DNA of 33,776 bases from a candidate division WOR-3 bacterium (GTDB lineage: Bacteria > Hydrothermota > Tepidihabitantia > SM23-42): positions 1-33,776 of the forward strand of contig JBBIHN010000001.1 in assembly GCA_037446995.1 (NCBI GenBank), given 5' to 3'. The notes under the pieces were generated by a model. That model was given only the letters and a program-made list of their open reading frames with translations. It made no database searches and was not told the origin of the DNA. The position numbers were made by a program, and so were the translations under genes. Below, piece by piece: positions 33,030 through 33,776 of the stretch (positions are counted from its first letter, which is position 1; each line of letters starts with the position of its first letter).

Positions 33030-33776
33030 AATTCACCACCAGGACCTTTTTCGTATTCTTGTTGACCAACGCACGATAAGCCCTTTTGATCCCCAGCACC
33101 CACAAAATACCCTTACGGTCGCACAGCAGAATCGGGGCTTCACGTAATGAATAGGGCACCTTCTCCGCCTGAAATACTTTCTTCAACTTAGTTCGACCCG
33201 ACTTTATCACCACGCTATCGCCTTCTTTCCTAGTTCTGATATTCAGCGGCAATGACAGTTCATCCAGATCAAACACTTGCTCATATCTATTCGTTCTAAC
33301 CGGCCCGGGTTTCTTTGATACATCAATGTTCACGCGCAGACCGGCAACTTTGACCGATTTAACACTCAGATCCAGTTTCCGGTCGATGCTGCGCGCTTTC
33401 TCATCCCGGCCGATGATTATGTTACCGTATTCACGATACGCACAAAGATGCTTTGGTAAATCAATTTTTTTGCCTGATCTACTGCTAATTAGACGTAAAA
33501 TCGCGGCAAAATGTTTACTTTCATAACCATCGAGCGTGCCGGCGTATTCTTTTAGTGCCAGGCGCACAACACGGTTCGCTATTGCCGGATTATAGTCAAC
33601 TATGCTTCCAATGTCAAGAATTACATGATTTTCCGCGATCCGGGCAACCTTTGCAAAGGCTTTTTCAGCCAGCCGATCAAGAAATTTGTCTTCTAAGCTC
33701 AAAATGTCGATCTCACGTATGAGTGTGCCGTGCAGGTTCGGATTGATTTTTAGCAATTGAGGTATTATCTTATGCC
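33013..33776 (-). CDS. tilS: tRNA(Ile)-lysidine synthetase, C-terminal part (5' end lies beyond the window)
   Basis: The frame stays open to the window edge. The C-terminal TilS substrate-binding motif is present: RTRKEGDSVVIKSGRTKLKKVFQAEKVPYSLREAPILLCDRKGILWVLGIK. The N-terminal PP-loop (SGGxDS) is not in the window. It sits upstream of hpt-ftsH. Confidence 0.85.
   Translation of the reverse strand, partial: HKIIPQLLKINPNLHGTLIREIDILSLEDKFLDRLAEKAFAKVARIAENHVILDIGSIVDYNPAIANRVVRLALKEYAGTLDGYESKHFAAILRLISSRSGKKIDLPKHLCAYREYGNIIIGRDEKARSIDRKLDLSVKSVKVAGLRVNIDVSKKPGPVRTNRYEQVFDLDELSLPLNIRTRKEGDSVVIKSGRTKLKKVFQAEKVPYSLREAPILLCDRKGILWVLGIKRAYRALVNKNTKKVLVVNFEYTD

Noticed and set aside
1-33776. 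A search for CRISPR arrays, tRNA, rRNA and riboswitch-like leaders in all intergenic regions (1-327, 5263-5390, 6308-6599, 9482-9620, 19913-20078, 20532-20604, 25336-25480, 29504-29606, 30015-30129).
   Set aside because: I found no regularly spaced direct repeats, no tRNA-like T-arm (GGTTCGAATCC-type) and no rRNA-like sequence. The periodicity in the rhs region is at the protein level (YD repeats), not a DNA repeat array. A cmscan or tRNAscan run would be needed to exclude small RNAs formally.

Overview
33.8-kb segment of a diderm bacterial chromosome (lpxA/fabZ and a TonB-type outer-membrane barrel are present). It probably comes from an uncultured lineage; I cannot assign a taxon without a database search. 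Three parts stand out. (1) Positions 1-5262 are a visibly AT-rich accessory island. It carries one large Rhs/YD-repeat polymorphic-toxin gene that is split into three ORFs by an in-frame TGA and a 1-nt frameshift. The gene ends in a canonical DPLGL core boundary, then a 136-aa C-terminal domain I cannot assign to any toxin family, then an overlapping exported candidate immunity gene. An rve-type (IS3/IS481-like) insertion sequence abuts the island at about 5265-6477 and contains a nested inverted-repeat element. (2) Positions 6486-19912 are core genes. They include an nrdR-nrdD operon with a near-consensus promoter and an NrdR box. A 31-codon, extremely basic, bS22-like micro-ORF with its own promoter and Shine-Dalgarno is absent from the ORF track. 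Nine tightly packed minus-strand genes follow (hutI, fused ftcD, TPR, ExeA-like ATPase, TPR, ExeA-like ATPase, PHP, fabZ, lpxA). The duplicated ExeA/GspA(MshM)-like ATPase plus long signal-less TPR protein pair has no secretin, pilin or other secretion genes nearby; it is my best candidate for an undescribed system, alongside the Rhs toxin/immunity pair. (3) Positions 20079-23765 hold an HUH/Y1 (IS200/RayT-like) transposase-like gene with a DnaA-C-like HTH tail, bracketed by perfect 24-bp inverted repeats. A third 22/24 copy lies 2.2 kb away and truncates a Cas4/RecB-like PD-(D/E)XK nuclease gene. The remainder is housekeeping: comM/yifB, nhaP2-type antiporter, OM barrel, lipoprotein, folE, ftsH, hpt, and a partial tilS. 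I found no rRNA, tRNA or CRISPR array.
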